A DNA stretch of 64,000 nucleotides from an uncultured Chloroflexia bacterium. GTDB taxonomy: Bacteria > Chloroflexota > Dehalococcoidia > GIF9 > UBA5629. Each line of letters begins with the position of its first letter. The first letter of the stretch is position 1. Shown here piece after piece: positions 48,434-61,342 of the stretch. Made by a program: the position numbers and the translations under genes. Location of the stretch: assembly GCA_963784375.1 (NCBI GenBank), contig CAWAQY010000001.1:140486-204485 (forward strand). Direction: 5' to 3'. The notes beneath the pieces were generated by a model. The model was not told the origin of the DNA. It saw nothing but the letters and a program-made list of their open reading frames with translations, and ran no database searches.

Positions 48434-50098
48434 TTGGCTGAGCATATTCTGGTTGCCGTTGCATGGCCTTACGCAAACGGCTCACTGCATCTTGGACATG
48501 TGGCCGGCGCCTATTTGCCAGCAGATATTTTCGCACGATATCACCGCCTCAAAGGTAATAGAGTATTGATGGTATCCGGAAGCGATCAACATGGAGCACC
48601 TATTACAATACGCGCTGAGCAAGAGAATAAGTCCCCTCAAGAAATTGCTTCAAAATACCATCAGGAGTTTCTTGAGAGTTGGCGAAAACTTGGCATTTCT
48701 TTTGATCTATTTACCAGCACTGGAACACCGAACCATGCAGAAGTCGTTCATGATATCTTCTTAAAGTTGCTGGATAAGGGATACCTGTATAAAAATACTA
48801 CTCCTCAAGCCTATTGCCCGCAGTGTAGCCGTTTTTTACCCGACCGCTATGTTGAAGGGACATGCCCAAACTGCAAATCCCCTAACGCCCGGGGAGATCA
48901 ATGCGATGAGTGCGGCAGAACTCTTAATCCCAATGAATTAATCAATATACGCTGTCGGATATGTTCTTCGGCTCCGCGTTTTCAGAGCTCCGAGCACTTT
49001 TTTTTGCGTCTGAGTGCCTTTGAAGAAAGGCTGAAATCATGGGTCAAAGAACAAAACCACTGGCGTCAAAACGTACAGAATTTCACCATGGGCATCCTTG
49101 AGGGAGGGCTGAAAGACCGTGCCATTACCCGAGATATTGAATGGGGTATAACAGTACCCCAACCCGGATTTGAACATAAGCGAATTTATGTGTGGTTTGA
49201 AGCAGTTATAGGTTACCTTTCAGCGAGCATAGAATGGGCACACTCTCAAGGTAACGACTCCGCCTGGAAACCCTTCTGGAACAACACTGGACAAAGTTAT
49301 TATTTCATTGGAAAAGATAATATTCCATTTCATACTATTATCTGGCCAGCAATGCTTATGGGTTATGGTGGTCTCCCCCTGCCAAGCGACGTCCCCGCGA
49401 ATGAATTTTTAACAATCGAAGGGAAAAAACTATCAACCAGCCGTAACTGGGCAATATGGCTACCCGACTATCTTGAAAGCTATGACCCTGATCCGCTGCG
49501 TTATGTAATGTCTATTAATATGCCTGAGACTGGTGATACCGATTTTTCATGGCATGAATTCCTCCGCCGCAACAATGATGAACTGGTTGCGACTTATGGT
49601 AATCTTGCAAATAGAGTGCTTAGCTTTACAAACCGGAACTTTGGTGGTGTGGTTCCAGATGCCGGCGACCTTGACAGTCAAACTACTGAACTGATTGCCA
49701 AGTCTGAAGACGCGCTGAAAAACGTGGATAAATATATCTCCCAATGCCATTTCAAAGACGGCATCAAAGCATGTATGGCACTAGCCCAGGAAGGCAACAA
49801 ATATCTTGACGCGAAAGCCCCGTGGAAAACAATAAAGGAAGATAAAAAGTCTGCAGCCATGGGCATTTACGGTGCAATGGTCGTCCTTTCAGCTTTGAAG
49901 ACGATGTTTTATCCATATTTACCTTTCAGTTCACAAAAACTTCACAATTTTCTCGGTTTTAAAGGAGAGATAGAGGACGGCTGCTGGGAATTGCTTCTAC
50001 CGGAAATAGGTAGTACTCTACCTCCGCCACGACCTCTATTTACCAAATTAGAGCCGGATATCATAGAAAAAGAAATGAACAAACTTGTGAAAAAGTAG
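48434..50098 (+). CDS. metG: Methionine--tRNA ligase
   Basis: AWPYANGSLHLGHVAG (HIGH), zinc knuckles CPNC/CDEC, KLSTSRN (KMSKS). 554 aa, TTG start. Confidence 0.95.
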   Translation: MAEHILVAVAWPYANGSLHLGHVAGAYLPADIFARYHRLKGNRVLMVSGSDQHGAPITIRAEQENKSPQEIASKYHQEFLESWRKLGISFDLFTSTGTPNHAEVVHDIFLKLLDKGYLYKNTTPQAYCPQCSRFLPDRYVEGTCPNCKSPNARGDQCDECGRTLNPNELINIRCRICSSAPRFQSSEHFFLRLSAFEERLKSWVKEQNHWRQNVQNFTMGILEGGLKDRAITRDIEWGITVPQPGFEHKRIYVWFEAVIGYLSASIEWAHSQGNDSAWKPFWNNTGQSYYFIGKDNIPFHTIIWPAMLMGYGGLPLPSDVPANEFLTIEGKKLSTSRNWAIWLPDYLESYDPDPLRYVMSINMPETGDTDFSWHEFLRRNNDELVATYGNLANRVLSFTNRNFGGVVPDAGDLDSQTTELIAKSEDALKNVDKYISQCHFKDGIKACMALAQEGNKYLDAKAPWKTIKEDKKSAAMGIYGAMVVLSALKTMFYPYLPFSSQKLHNFLGFKGEIEDGCWELLLPEIGSTLPPPRPLFTKLEPDIIEKEMNKLVKK

Positions 50099-50099
50099 A

Positions 50100-51066
50100 A
50101 TGGACCTGAATACTATTTATCGGGACATAAAAGACGATATTGACAAAGTGGAACAAAGCCTTGAGTCAGTCTCCAATTGTTGATATTGCCCTGCTGTCGC
50201 AATTGATGGAATACCTGCTGAAGAATGGCGGCAAAAGGATCAGACCGTCACTTACATTGCTCGCCGGGAAATTTTACAACTACGACTTAAATGTGCTTAT
50301 ACCGATGGCTACAGCGGTAGAACTTCTACACAATGCGACCCTGGTTCATGACGATATCGTCGACAATGCCCCTATCCGGCGCGGCAAACAATCAGTCAGC
50401 CTCGCCTGGGGAGAAGCCAGCGCCCTTCTATTGGGTGACTACCTTTTTGCCAGGGCAGGCAGGCTTGTGGCCAGCACCGAAAATCTGAGGGTGGTTAAAT
50501 TGTTTGCTCGAAACTCTCATGACTATTTCCAGCGGCGAATTAGCTCAAATAAATGTTCTTTTCGATAGGAAACGGGCACTTGAGCACTATTATAATTGGA
50601 TAAGTGCTAAAACGGCATGCCTGTTCTCCATGGCTACCGAGTCAGGAGCAGTATTGAGCCAGGCACCAGAAGATATGGTAAATGCCCTGAAAGATTACGG
50701 GCACAATTTCGGTATGGCGTTTCAGGTAATCGATGATGTCCTGGATTTTACTGGCACGCGAAGATGAACTGGGAAAGCCTGTTGGATCAGATCTGATTGA
50801 AGGCGCAATAACATCTGCCCGCAATCCTCTTTGTCGAATCGAACCCGGATGGTAAGTATCTCAAGGACATAGTCGAAAATAAAGATACCAAGAAAATAGC
50901 GCTTGTCGTCGAGAAGATCAAGAACTCGCCGATTATTGACAGGTGTCTGGCAATAGCATCTGAATTCTGTTCTAAAGCCCGCAAATCGCTGGAGAAACTA
51001 CCTGATAACAACACCCGAAAGGCATTAATCGATCTGGCTACATATATTATCCAGCGCAGAAAATAA
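50100..51066 (+). CDS. Long-chain polyprenyl diphosphate synthase (IspB/HepT-like), at least 4 frame breaks
   Basis: GGKRIRP, LLHNATLVHDDIVD (FARM), VIDDVLDF (SARM), GKP.GSDL.EG. Pieces lie in alternating frames. Confidence 0.8.
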
Positions 51067-51079
51067 ACTGCTTGCCAAG

Positions 51080-53023
<1,944 letters not shown>

Positions 53024-53173
53024 ACTACATATTTTCCTTTGAATCTAAATTATAGCAGAAATTCGTGTATTCGTGAAAAATAACCGACTATATTCATAAC
53101 TAAGAATGAAAATTGTCTCTCTATATTCACCAATTAAACACCAATTTAACCCACCAAAATACAATCAATTTAC

Positions 53174-53202
53174 TTGTAAAAAAGCTATAAATTCACTATA
53201 AT
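53174..53202 (+). promoter_or_regulatory. Sigma70-like promoter of rsfS
   Basis: TTGTAA 53174-53179, 17-nt spacer, TATAAT 53197-53202. Confidence 0.55.
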
Positions 53203-53236
53203 CTGTCAATAGACAGACCGGCAGGGAGAATTAGTT

Positions 53237-53581
53237 CTGGAATCAATAGAAATTGCACATAAAGTAGTAGAAGCCGCTTCCGATAAACAAGCTGAAAATA
53301 TCATTATGCTTGATGTTAAAAAAGTATGTTCCTTCGCCGATTATTTTGTTATATGTACTGCTAATAGTGACCGCCAAACCGAAGCAATTCGTGAAGAAAT
53401 AAATAAATCACTTAAACTGGCGGGGTCGGCTCCATTTCGCACGGAAGGCACGGCCGATTCAGGATGGATCCTCCTGGATTTCGGCGGGGTCATTGCACAC
53501 GTATTTTCTCCTGAAAAACGCAATTACTATAAACTTGATGAACTATGGAGCGCCGCCCCTCCGGTAATCAGGATCCAGTAA
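53237..53581 (+). CDS. rsfS: Ribosomal silencing factor
   Basis: D.....ADYFVICT..S.RQ..AI, GW.L.D.G..I.H.F. RsfS-like sequence (LESIEIAHKVVEAASDKQAENII) extends upstream of ATG 53306, where no canonical start exists. CTG 53237 is a guess. Confidence 0.75.
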   Translation: MESIEIAHKVVEAASDKQAENIIMLDVKKVCSFADYFVICTANSDRQTEAIREEINKSLKLAGSAPFRTEGTADSGWILLDFGGVIAHVFSPEKRNYYKLDELWSAAPPVIRIQ

Positions 53582-53607
53582 CCCAACTGTCTATATTCCT
53601 GGTATAT

Positions 53608-54021
53608 TTAAAAATCTCTTCCGGCGAAAAAAATATTCCTATTTCTTTTAGCTGCATTTTCTGGAGAATCTGATCCATGGACAAGGTTATACTGGAGATC
53701 TATCGCAAAATCACCTCTTATCGTGCCTGGTGATGCCTTTGCCGAATTAGTCACACCCATAGTCTGCCTTACTACTTCGACGGCATTTTTGCCTTCAAAA
53801 ACGGCTGCAACAATAGGGCACGCTGTGATAAACCTCACCAAATCATTAAAGAATGGTTTCTCCCGGTGAACAGCGTAATGAAGTTCAGCAAGGCTTTTAT
53901 CCATATGAAGCATTTTTAGGGCAATAATCCTGAGTCCACGCCGTTCAAGACGTTCAATAATAGTTCCTGCTAATCCTCTCTGAATAGCATCCGGTTTCAC
54001 AAGTACCAAAGTTTTTTCCAT
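53608..54021 (-). CDS. ndk: Nucleoside diphosphate kinase
   Basis: EKTLVLVKPDA, GTIRGDF, N..HGSDS. Confidence 0.9.
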   Translation of the reverse strand: MEKTLVLVKPDAIQRGLAGTIIERLERRGLRIIALKMLHMDKSLAELHYAVHREKPFFNDLVRFITACPIVAAVFEGKNAVEVVRQTMGVTNSAKASPGTIRGDFAIDLQYNLVHGSDSPENAAKRNRNIFFAGRDF

Positions 54022-54071
54022 TACTGCTCCTCACTCAATAACATTTCCCGAATATAATAAGTAATAATAAG

Positions 54072-54752
54072 TTACTTGACTTTGCGCAAGGTAATCGGCG
54101 GCGGACGTAAGTATAGTGGTTGCATGTTTGCTACATTATCCTGTATACCAGCCTTCAAACGTTGCAGTCCCAACATTATAATAAAGCTTGAACGGCGTAA
54201 CCGGTTTACCGCTGAAGGTATTATAGCTTTTTCACCCAATTTCATCCGCAATTGTTCCATAATTGCTTGGGAAATTTCACCGCAAAAAACTGTTTCCTTC
54301 TTTATTTTGCCGCATAAATCGTCAACCGTGGTTAAATGCTCTGCCTCCAGGCACCGCCACTCCATCCGTTTCTGTTGATAAAAAGCAGTCGCAATGTCGC
54401 TGCGACCAGCATTTTGAATAGGACAAAGTAATAATTCCGTAAAAGCAAAAGGATAAGCAGCTATTTCCAATGTACTAATTCCTACCAATGGGATATTTAA
54501 AGTAAAAGCGATCCCTTTTGCTACACTAATACCTACTCTAAGGCCGTTAAAGCTACCCGGCCCTTTGGCTACAAAAACCGCCCCCAGAGCTTTCTTATCC
54601 ACCTTTGCCAGTTTTAGAAGACGAGCAATATTTGGCACTAACTCAACTGTATGATTCTGCCCCAGAGACCAGGACAGCTCTGCCAATATATTTCCCCTGT
54701 CAGCCAGTGCAATGCTGGCAAAGGTACTTGAGGTATCCAGTGCTAGTTCCAT
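54072..54752 (-). CDS. tsaB: tRNA t6A biosynthesis protein TsaB (YeaZ)
   Basis: LALDTS....SIAL, GPGSF.GLRVG.S.AKG.A. Located next to tsaE. Confidence 0.8.
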   Translation of the reverse strand: MELALDTSSTFASIALADRGNILAELSWSLGQNHTVELVPNIARLLKLAKVDKKALGAVFVAKGPGSFNGLRVGISVAKGIAFTLNIPLVGISTLEIAAYPFAFTELLLCPIQNAGRSDIATAFYQQKRMEWRCLEAEHLTTVDDLCGKIKKETVFCGEISQAIMEQLRMKLGEKAIIPSAVNRLRRSSFIIMLGLQRLKAGIQDNVANMQPLYLRPPPITLRKVK

Positions 54753-54767
54753 GTCTTCAACTTCGGT

Positions 54768-55229
54768 TCAAGAGATTTTATCAGCGCGCAAATAACGCTT
54801 GCCACTGGGTTCCAATTTAAGGGAACGGTCGGTAAGCGAAAGATAATCTAAAGTTATATGCAAATTCTCTGGTGGGAGTAAATCAATTCCCTTTTCCGCC
54901 CACTCAATAACGCAAAGACCAGTTGAATTTAGATATTCTTCCAGATAGAGGTTCTCGATCTCTTTAATATGTTCAAGCCTGTACAAATCTATATGATACA
55001 AAGGTAACCTTCCATGATATTCCCTGATTAATACAAATGAGGGACTAAAAGCATACTCGTTAACGTCCAATCCCCAGGCAATACCCTGTGTCAGTGAAGT
55101 TTTACCGCTCCCAAGATTACCGCTAAGAAGAAAAACATCCCCTTCACAGGCCAATTCACCGAGGTATCTTCCCAGTTTTTGTGTCTGTTCGGTGCTCTGA
55201 GATTTTAATTTTATACTATTATCTGGCAT
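54768..55229 (-). CDS. tsaE: tRNA t6A biosynthesis ATPase TsaE (YjeE)
   Basis: L.G.LG.GKT...QGIA, SP.F....EY, HIDLYRL. Confidence 0.85.
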   Translation of the reverse strand: MPDNSIKLKSQSTEQTQKLGRYLGELACEGDVFLLSGNLGSGKTSLTQGIAWGLDVNEYAFSPSFVLIREYHGRLPLYHIDLYRLEHIKEIENLYLEEYLNSTGLCVIEWAEKGIDLLPPENLHITLDYLSLTDRSLKLEPSGKRYLRADKIS

Positions 55230-55232
55230 CGC

Positions 55233-56245
55233 TCACGCTTTCGATTTGAAATGCTCCCAACCTGTGTATGACAATGGAACAACATTTCCACCGTTATCAA
55301 CCAATGTCACCCTTTGTTTGAGATCATCAACTATTTCACCGATGGTAGTAACAGGACAATCCAAAGCTTGTTTTACATCTTTTAATGATAGAGTCAGGGG
55401 CTGTAAACAATAACTCATAATCTTCACCGCCGGTTAATACCATTTGCAAAAAGTCTTTTTTAAAATTAGTCCTTATCAAGGGATGAATGGGAAGGAGATC
55501 CAGGTTTATCCTGGCACTTGTATCGCTTTTATCGCATATGTGGGACAAGTCAGCCACCAATCCGTCACTGATATCAATAGCAGATTTAACTCCACATTGC
55601 AATATAGTTTGCCCTTCATTGATTCTGGGAACGGGCTTTAGATGAGCCTTCTTGAAAAATAGCTGATGCTTCTGTATCAAATTGAAGTTTGTGCTTGAGC
55701 ATTTGCAGCCCGGCTGCTGATAACCCTGTGTACCCCGTAATAGCTATTTTATCGCCAACTTTGGCAGCAGAGCGAGTTAACATATCTTTGTTTTTCAACG
55801 TGCCCATGACTGTGATACTGATCATTACCGTATTCGCTGACGAAATATTTCCTCCTGCTATGGCTACTCCAAATTGGTTGCTGATTTCCATCATCCCTCT
55901 ATATAAGTTGGACACAGATTCAACTTCAATCTCACCCGGCAAAGCCAGAGATACAAGGACGTAACTCGGGATCCCTCCCATAGCTGCAATATCGCTCAGG
56001 TTTACCGCGATAGCTTTCCATCCAAGCTCATCCCATGTAGAAGTGTTTAGATCAAAATGTATCCCTTGAATTAAGCAATCCGTTGTTGCCAGATGGAAAC
56101 AGGCATCGTTCTCCCATACAGCAGCGTCATCGCCAATTCCAATGAGCAGATTTTGCCACGCTGCGTCTCGTGGATTTTTGTTCTTTTCAATAATTTCCTG
56201 GAGAACCCGTAGTAATCCAAACTCACCTATATCAGAAACTTTCAC
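55233..56245 (-). CDS. thiL: Thiamine-monophosphate kinase, two frame breaks
   Basis: GEFGLL, IGDDAAV, DL.DIAAMGG.P, GGNIS, GEDYELLFT, GW.HF. GTG start at 56245. Confidence 0.8.
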
Positions 56246-56369
56246 GGCTGGATTATAGCATAGGCTGTAATACTCAAGGTAAACTAAAATAGTAGTGAGA
56301 ACCCTCAACCCTTGTATATAGCAAATACAAGTTATATAATGCCTATAAGAAAGAAAAAGGGGTGATACT

Positions 56370-56979
56370 ATGCAACAGATGGTTAACTGCCCTAGTTGTT
56401 CCTCGCCGATGACAGTGGGTCAGAAATTTTGCGGAGTGTGCGGGCTTAACGTTGCAGCCATGGCACAACAAAAGCCAAATGCATGTCCTACCTGCAGTAC
56501 CCCGATCTCCCCGGGGCAGCTATTTTGCGGGGTATGTGGAACAAACCTGGCGAGCCTTAACCAGCAACAACCCCCAATGGCTCAGCAAGCTCAGAATGCA
56601 GCGAATATATCCAGAGGAGCGCCGTCTATGGCTGCAACTGGAGTTGCGTCAGCAGCGAATGCGACTTCAACCTCCAAAAAAGGCCCGACAACCCCAGAGA
56701 TATGGTATTTTAAGCACTGCCGCTACGCTTTTCCAGATATTTGGCTGGATCGTATTGATATTTGGAATAGTATTCTCAATTTTTATAGCTATATGGCCGC
56801 TTATGGGTGGAGAAGTTAAATCGCTTATACCGGGAATAACCTTCGATACTCTCACGGTTATAGGGATGGCTTTCTGTGGAATTATTATTTCTCTGCTCTA
56901 TGGCTTTGGCATGCTGGCTTTTGCAGAAATTTGTTATGCAGCCATTGATTTTAGGAAGAGCCTGGCAGAACCCAAGTAA
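56370..56979 (+). CDS. Double zinc-ribbon membrane protein, frame break probably at the A6 run 56686-56691
   Basis: CPSC...FCGVCG and CPTC...FCGVCG, a Q/A-rich linker, then two TM helices read in the second ORF frame. Confidence 0.5.
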
Positions 56980-57162
56980 GGGCCTATATTCTTCGTTAAC
57001 ATATCATAAAGCCATTATTGCTTATCCAGAACTTTTTGATTACGTTATAAGCTCTGGAAATATCAAATTTTTCGAATCGTGATCAAATAAAATATGTCCC
57101 TCCTTTTTGCAAGTTATGTTAAAATAGGCAGATTTCGAACCTAAATTTGCAGGAGACCTACC

Positions 57163-57930
57163 TTGTCGAAGAAAAAGAAGACCCACAAGGCAAAAAACTT
57201 TCACTCCAAGCACCAGCAGGCTAAATCAGGAAGAAAATGGACTGCTAAAAATTACTTGTTCTTAATTGGTATCGTTATTATAGTAATTGCTGCAGGTTAT
57301 TTCGGACTTCAATACCTTACCGGTAAAGGTACCGATGCTTCAGCCAAGCCTACAACAACAGGTTCTATTCCAAATCAGCCGGCAGCAAGTACTAAAGACG
57401 GCAAAATTATGGAATGGTCAAGTCCACCGCCAATGAGCATCAATCAAAATAAAGAATACATGGCAACAATAAAAACGAACTTCGGGGATATTTCAGTTCG
57501 ACTTTTCCCGAAAGAAGCGCCCATTACAGTAAACAACTTCGTTTTCCTGGCTAACCAGGGCTTTTACGACAACCTGAAGTTTCACCGGATTATGAAAGAC
57601 TTTGTTATACAGACTGGGGATCCGCGGGGCAACGGTACAGGAGGTCCGGGATACAAATTTGTCGATGAAAAAATAACCCGGGATTATGTTAAAGGAACAC
57701 TTGCTATGGCTAACTCGGGTCCAAATACAAATGGAAGTCAATTCTTCATCACTCTGGCTGATTTGACTAAACAACTTCCTAAAAACTACACAATCTTTGG
57801 CGAGGTAAGTAGTGGACAGGATGTTATTCAGAAGATAGGGAATGTACCCGTCAAAGCGTCTTTTACCGGCGAGGTTTCTGTTCCAACCGTAGACGTGTTA
57901 ATGGTTGGAGTCACGATTAGTGAGAAATAG
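57163..57930 (+). CDS. Membrane-anchored cyclophilin-type peptidyl-prolyl isomerase
   Basis: FHRI...F..Q.GDP.G.G.GGPGY.F.DE, MAN.GPNTNGSQFFIT. TTG start 6 nt after aggaga. Confidence 0.9.
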   Translation: MSKKKKTHKAKNFHSKHQQAKSGRKWTAKNYLFLIGIVIIVIAAGYFGLQYLTGKGTDASAKPTTTGSIPNQPAASTKDGKIMEWSSPPPMSINQNKEYMATIKTNFGDISVRLFPKEAPITVNNFVFLANQGFYDNLKFHRIMKDFVIQTGDPRGNGTGGPGYKFVDEKITRDYVKGTLAMANSGPNTNGSQFFITLADLTKQLPKNYTIFGEVSSGQDVIQKIGNVPVKASFTGEVSVPTVDVLMVGVTISEK

Positions 57931-57942
57931 TCGGTTCAAGGA

Positions 57943-58344
57943 CTATTCTATATCCCAATCCCTGTAACCTTGCTGAATCACCGCCAGGTATTCAGGAGAT
58001 ATTTTCGTTTCGGGAAATTGAATTTTCTTGATATAAGTGACAGCTTCTGCTTGATCTCCATCATCAGTCCAGACAATCACATTCATATGATCGTAAGTTG
58101 TGGGATAATCTTCATATTTATCCAGCTTTTTTAAGTCGCTTTCCGATAGTTCATAGCAAGCACCTTTCACTTTCTCTCCTCGAAAAGGTTTGATGCTGGC
58201 TGTACCACCTTTCCATTGTCGGGACCATCCATTAAATATTAACTTGTAGTTAGGCAAAACAGCGCTGAATTTTGGCTTACCGCCGGGACATCTTTCCGCC
58301 ATTTGTTTTTTACTAAGATTGGAACCATAGGCAAAATAGTACAT
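57943..58344 (-). CDS. Gamma-glutamylcyclotransferase (AIG2/GGACT-like)
   Basis: YFAYGSNL....M..R and a conserved Glu region (GACYELS). Confidence 0.7.
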   Translation of the reverse strand: MYYFAYGSNLSKKQMAERCPGGKPKFSAVLPNYKLIFNGWSRQWKGGTASIKPFRGEKVKGACYELSESDLKKLDKYEDYPTTYDHMNVIVWTDDGDQAEAVTYIKKIQFPETKISPEYLAVIQQGYRDWDIE

Positions 58345-58468
58345 TGACTTCTCCCCTTTTATATTAATCTGCTAATCGAAATTGTACATCACTTTCGATA
58401 ATTTTTTTACAAGAGGTACCCAGATAATTATTTAACAAAAATATCGTTAAAATGATATAGTTTACGAA

Positions 58469-59200
58469 ATGCGATATGCAATCCTGGGAGATATACATAG
58501 TAATCTGGCGGCTCTTACAGCTGTTCTCGAGGATTTAAACAAAAGAGGTGGATTTGATAAAATTTGGTGCCTGGGAGACATCGTAGGTTATGGGCCTGAA
58601 CCCCATGAATGCATCGAACTTTTAAAGCAATTCAATCATCTCTGTGTCGCTGGCAATCATGATTGGGCAGCTATAGGCAATATCGACACAAACGATTTTA
58701 ACGAAGATGCCGCTCTGGCCAATAACTGGACAAGCAATCAGCTAATCCCTTCCGACAAAGACTATATCAAATCACTGGAGTTGATCGTTGTCGAGGGCGA
58801 TTTTACACTTGTCCATGGAAGTCCCAGGGAACCTATCTGGGAATATTTGATCTCAACTAAGATAGCCCAGGACAATCTTAAATTTTTTGAAACACGTATC
58901 TGCTTGGTAGGGCATTCCCATATCCCGTTGGTCTTCGATATTTTTAGATGATAAGGCAGATTTGCAAGAGCTTGGCGACGAAGTTTCAATACTGGGGACA
59001 AACATCGTTTAATCCTTAATCCAGGGAGTGTAGGACAACCTCGAGACAGTGACCCGCGCGCCAGCTATGCGATTTACGACAGCGAATCAAAGACCATATA
59101 TCATTATCGAGTCGATTATGATATAAAAGCTACACAGGGGAAAATGACCGAGTTGGGTTTGCCCGAATTTCTTATCCAGCGTCTCGGCAACGGTTTATAG
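58469..59200 (+). CDS. Metallophosphoesterase (YfcE/MJ0936-like), compensating frame breaks at T5 58941-58945 and G4 58994-58997
   Basis: LGDIHSN, GDIVGYGPEP, GNHD, GHSH, NPGSVGQPRD. The outer parts share one frame, interrupted by tga taa at 58949-58954. The middle reads FLDDKADLQELGDEVSILG in a shifted frame. Confidence 0.75.
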
Positions 59201-59235
59201 CTTGAAACCAGTGAAGCTCCGTAGTAATATTTATC

Positions 59236-59506
59236 TGGGTCGTGCTAGACGGGGAACCAGCGGTGCCCTGTACCCGAAATCCGCTATAGCGGGGTTGAAT
59301 TCCGGTTCGAGGTTTTACTTCCTGGGACTGTTTTAATTAAGTGGTGTTGAAGGTTGGGTCTTGCGCGGCAGAGGGCTATGAACCCCGTCAGGTCCGGAAG
59401 GAAGCAGCGGTAAATAGTAAACTCTGGGTGCCACAAGGTTACCTGGTCGGAGCTGGCTGGTTGGAGTAAGCTGAGAAGGAAAATCGAGAGACTGGTGCAC
59501 GGCCCA
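59236..59506 (+). ncRNA. ffs: Signal recognition particle RNA, long (Bacillus-type, with Alu domain)
   Basis: Collinear with remembered B. subtilis scRNA: GGGUCGUGCUAGACGGGGA..AGCGGUGCCCUGUACC, GUCAGGUCCGGAAGGAAGCAGC (domain IV), closing GGUGCACGGCCCA that pairs with the 5' end. Confidence 0.9.
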
Positions 59507-59563
59507 TATTTCACTACGAAAACCTGTGATAGCACCTCTGAGAGAAGCCGATAAAAACAAAGT

Positions 59564-60416
59564 ATGCCTAAGATAAGAAGTTCGCCATCGTCTGAAATCA
59601 AGAAATCGCTCCGCCAGTCCGGCCTCAAAGCGAAAAAATGGCTGGGACAAAATTTCCTGATCGATCAGTCGGTCTTAGATATTATTGTTTCAGCAGCTGA
59701 TCTTACATCAACGGATTTTGTTATCGAGGTAGGACCAGGACTCGGCATACTGACTTCAGAGTTGGCAAAAAAAGCCGGCAACATTGTCGCCGTTGAGCTG
59801 GATACGAAACTAAGTCTTCAACTTAAACACAAACTGTCGTTCAAACCCCAACGTGACTATTGTCAATGCAGATATACTTGAGGTTAATATTTCTGATTTA
59901 GTTGGTGATAAACAAGCATATAAAGTGGTCGCCAACATACCTTATTATATTACTTCGCCTATTCTCCATTACTTTGTGGAAGCGCCTCTAAAACCATCCT
60001 TGATGGTAGTTATGATGCAAAAAGAAGTCGGCGAAGCGATCGTAGCCGAACCCGGGAAATTATCCATGCTCGCAATTAGCATGCAAGTATTCAGTAAACC
60101 GAGAATAATTTCATACGTATCTTCACAGAGCTTCTATCCACAGCCCAAAGTGGAGTCAGTCATTGTCCGTTTTGACATTCTTCCAGAACCATCAGTCAAA
60201 GTCAATGATATTAACCTCTTTTTGTCATTTGTTAAATGCGGCTTCAAGTCACCCAGAAAACAACTGCGTAATTCTCTGGCTCGAGGACTGGAGAGGGAAC
60301 CGGCTGAAATCGCTACATTATTGGATAGCGCAAGTATTGAATCACAGCGCCGTCCTGAAACGCTTACCCTCACAGAATGGCAAAGGCTATATGAATTGCA
60401 GTATCATCAGGGATAG
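59564..60416 (+). CDS. rsmA: 16S rRNA (adenine1518/1519-N6)-dimethyltransferase, frame break near 59835-59850
   Basis: LGQNFL.D, EVGPG.G.LT, NIPY.I..P. The two ORFs join at ...[12 protein letters not shown]. Confidence 0.85.
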
Positions 60417-60427
60417 TAACAATCACC

Positions 60428-61290
60428 ATGATAAAAGCAGCAGCACCTGCAAAACTTAATCTTGTACTGGAAGTCCTGGGCAAACGCAGTGACGGTTACC
60501 ATGAAATCCGAAGCCTGATTCAGACTATCAATCTATACGATATCCTTTCATTTGAGCCATGCGACCGAGATTTCCCTGGAATGTTCCGAACCTGCTTTAC
60601 AGATTCCTGATAATCTGATAATTCGTGCCGCTGAGTTGCTCAAGAAAACATATAATTTCAAATCTGGAGTAAAAATAAGTCTCAAAAAACAAATCCCCTG
60701 GAGCGCCGGACTCGGTGGGGGCAGCAGTGATGCCGCTGCCACACTATTAGCTCTCAATAAATTATGGAACATTGCAACTTGAGACCATAGATTTAGTAAA
60801 CCTGGCAATTCAACTGGGATCAGATATTCCTTTTTTTTTATATGGGAATGCAGCGATAATAGAAGGTAAAGGAGAAAAGGTTACGCCGTTACCGGCATTA
60901 TCGCCAAACTGGTTTTTGATATTAATGCCGCCGTTGACAGTACCGGATAAAACTAAACAGGCATACTTGCGCCTGAACGCCCGGTATTACACGGATGGTA
61001 CGTTCTGCCGCCGAGCAATGGAAACGTGGTCGGAAAGCGATAAAATCGACCCCTCTTCACTATTTAACGTTTTTGACCGCGTTGCTTTTGAAATATATCC
61101 GGTGCTAAAGCCCTACTGGGAAAGTTTGGAAAAGGTCGGGGTAGCCAATATCCATTTAGCAGGCTCAGGACCTGCGCTGTTTGCTCCTGTTAAAGACGAA
61201 AAACATGGCAATGAATTGTGCCATCGCCTGAAAGAGTTCGGCCTTACCGGGTATACAGTATCCACTCACCTGGATTCCATGTTTAATTAA
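60428..61290 (+). CDS. ispE: 4-diphosphocytidyl-2-C-methyl-D-erythritol kinase, two frame breaks
   Basis: [43 protein letters not shown]. Confidence 0.85.
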
Positions 61291-61342
61291 ACCTGGCACA
61301 CGATTCTTTATCAATAAAAAGGCAGACTGTACATGGGTCTGA

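Noticed and set aside
59284-59650. Minus-strand ORFs of 114 and 105 aa
   Set aside because: They overlap the SRP RNA gene and the start of rsmA, and their composition is Arg/Ser/Pro-rich nonsense.
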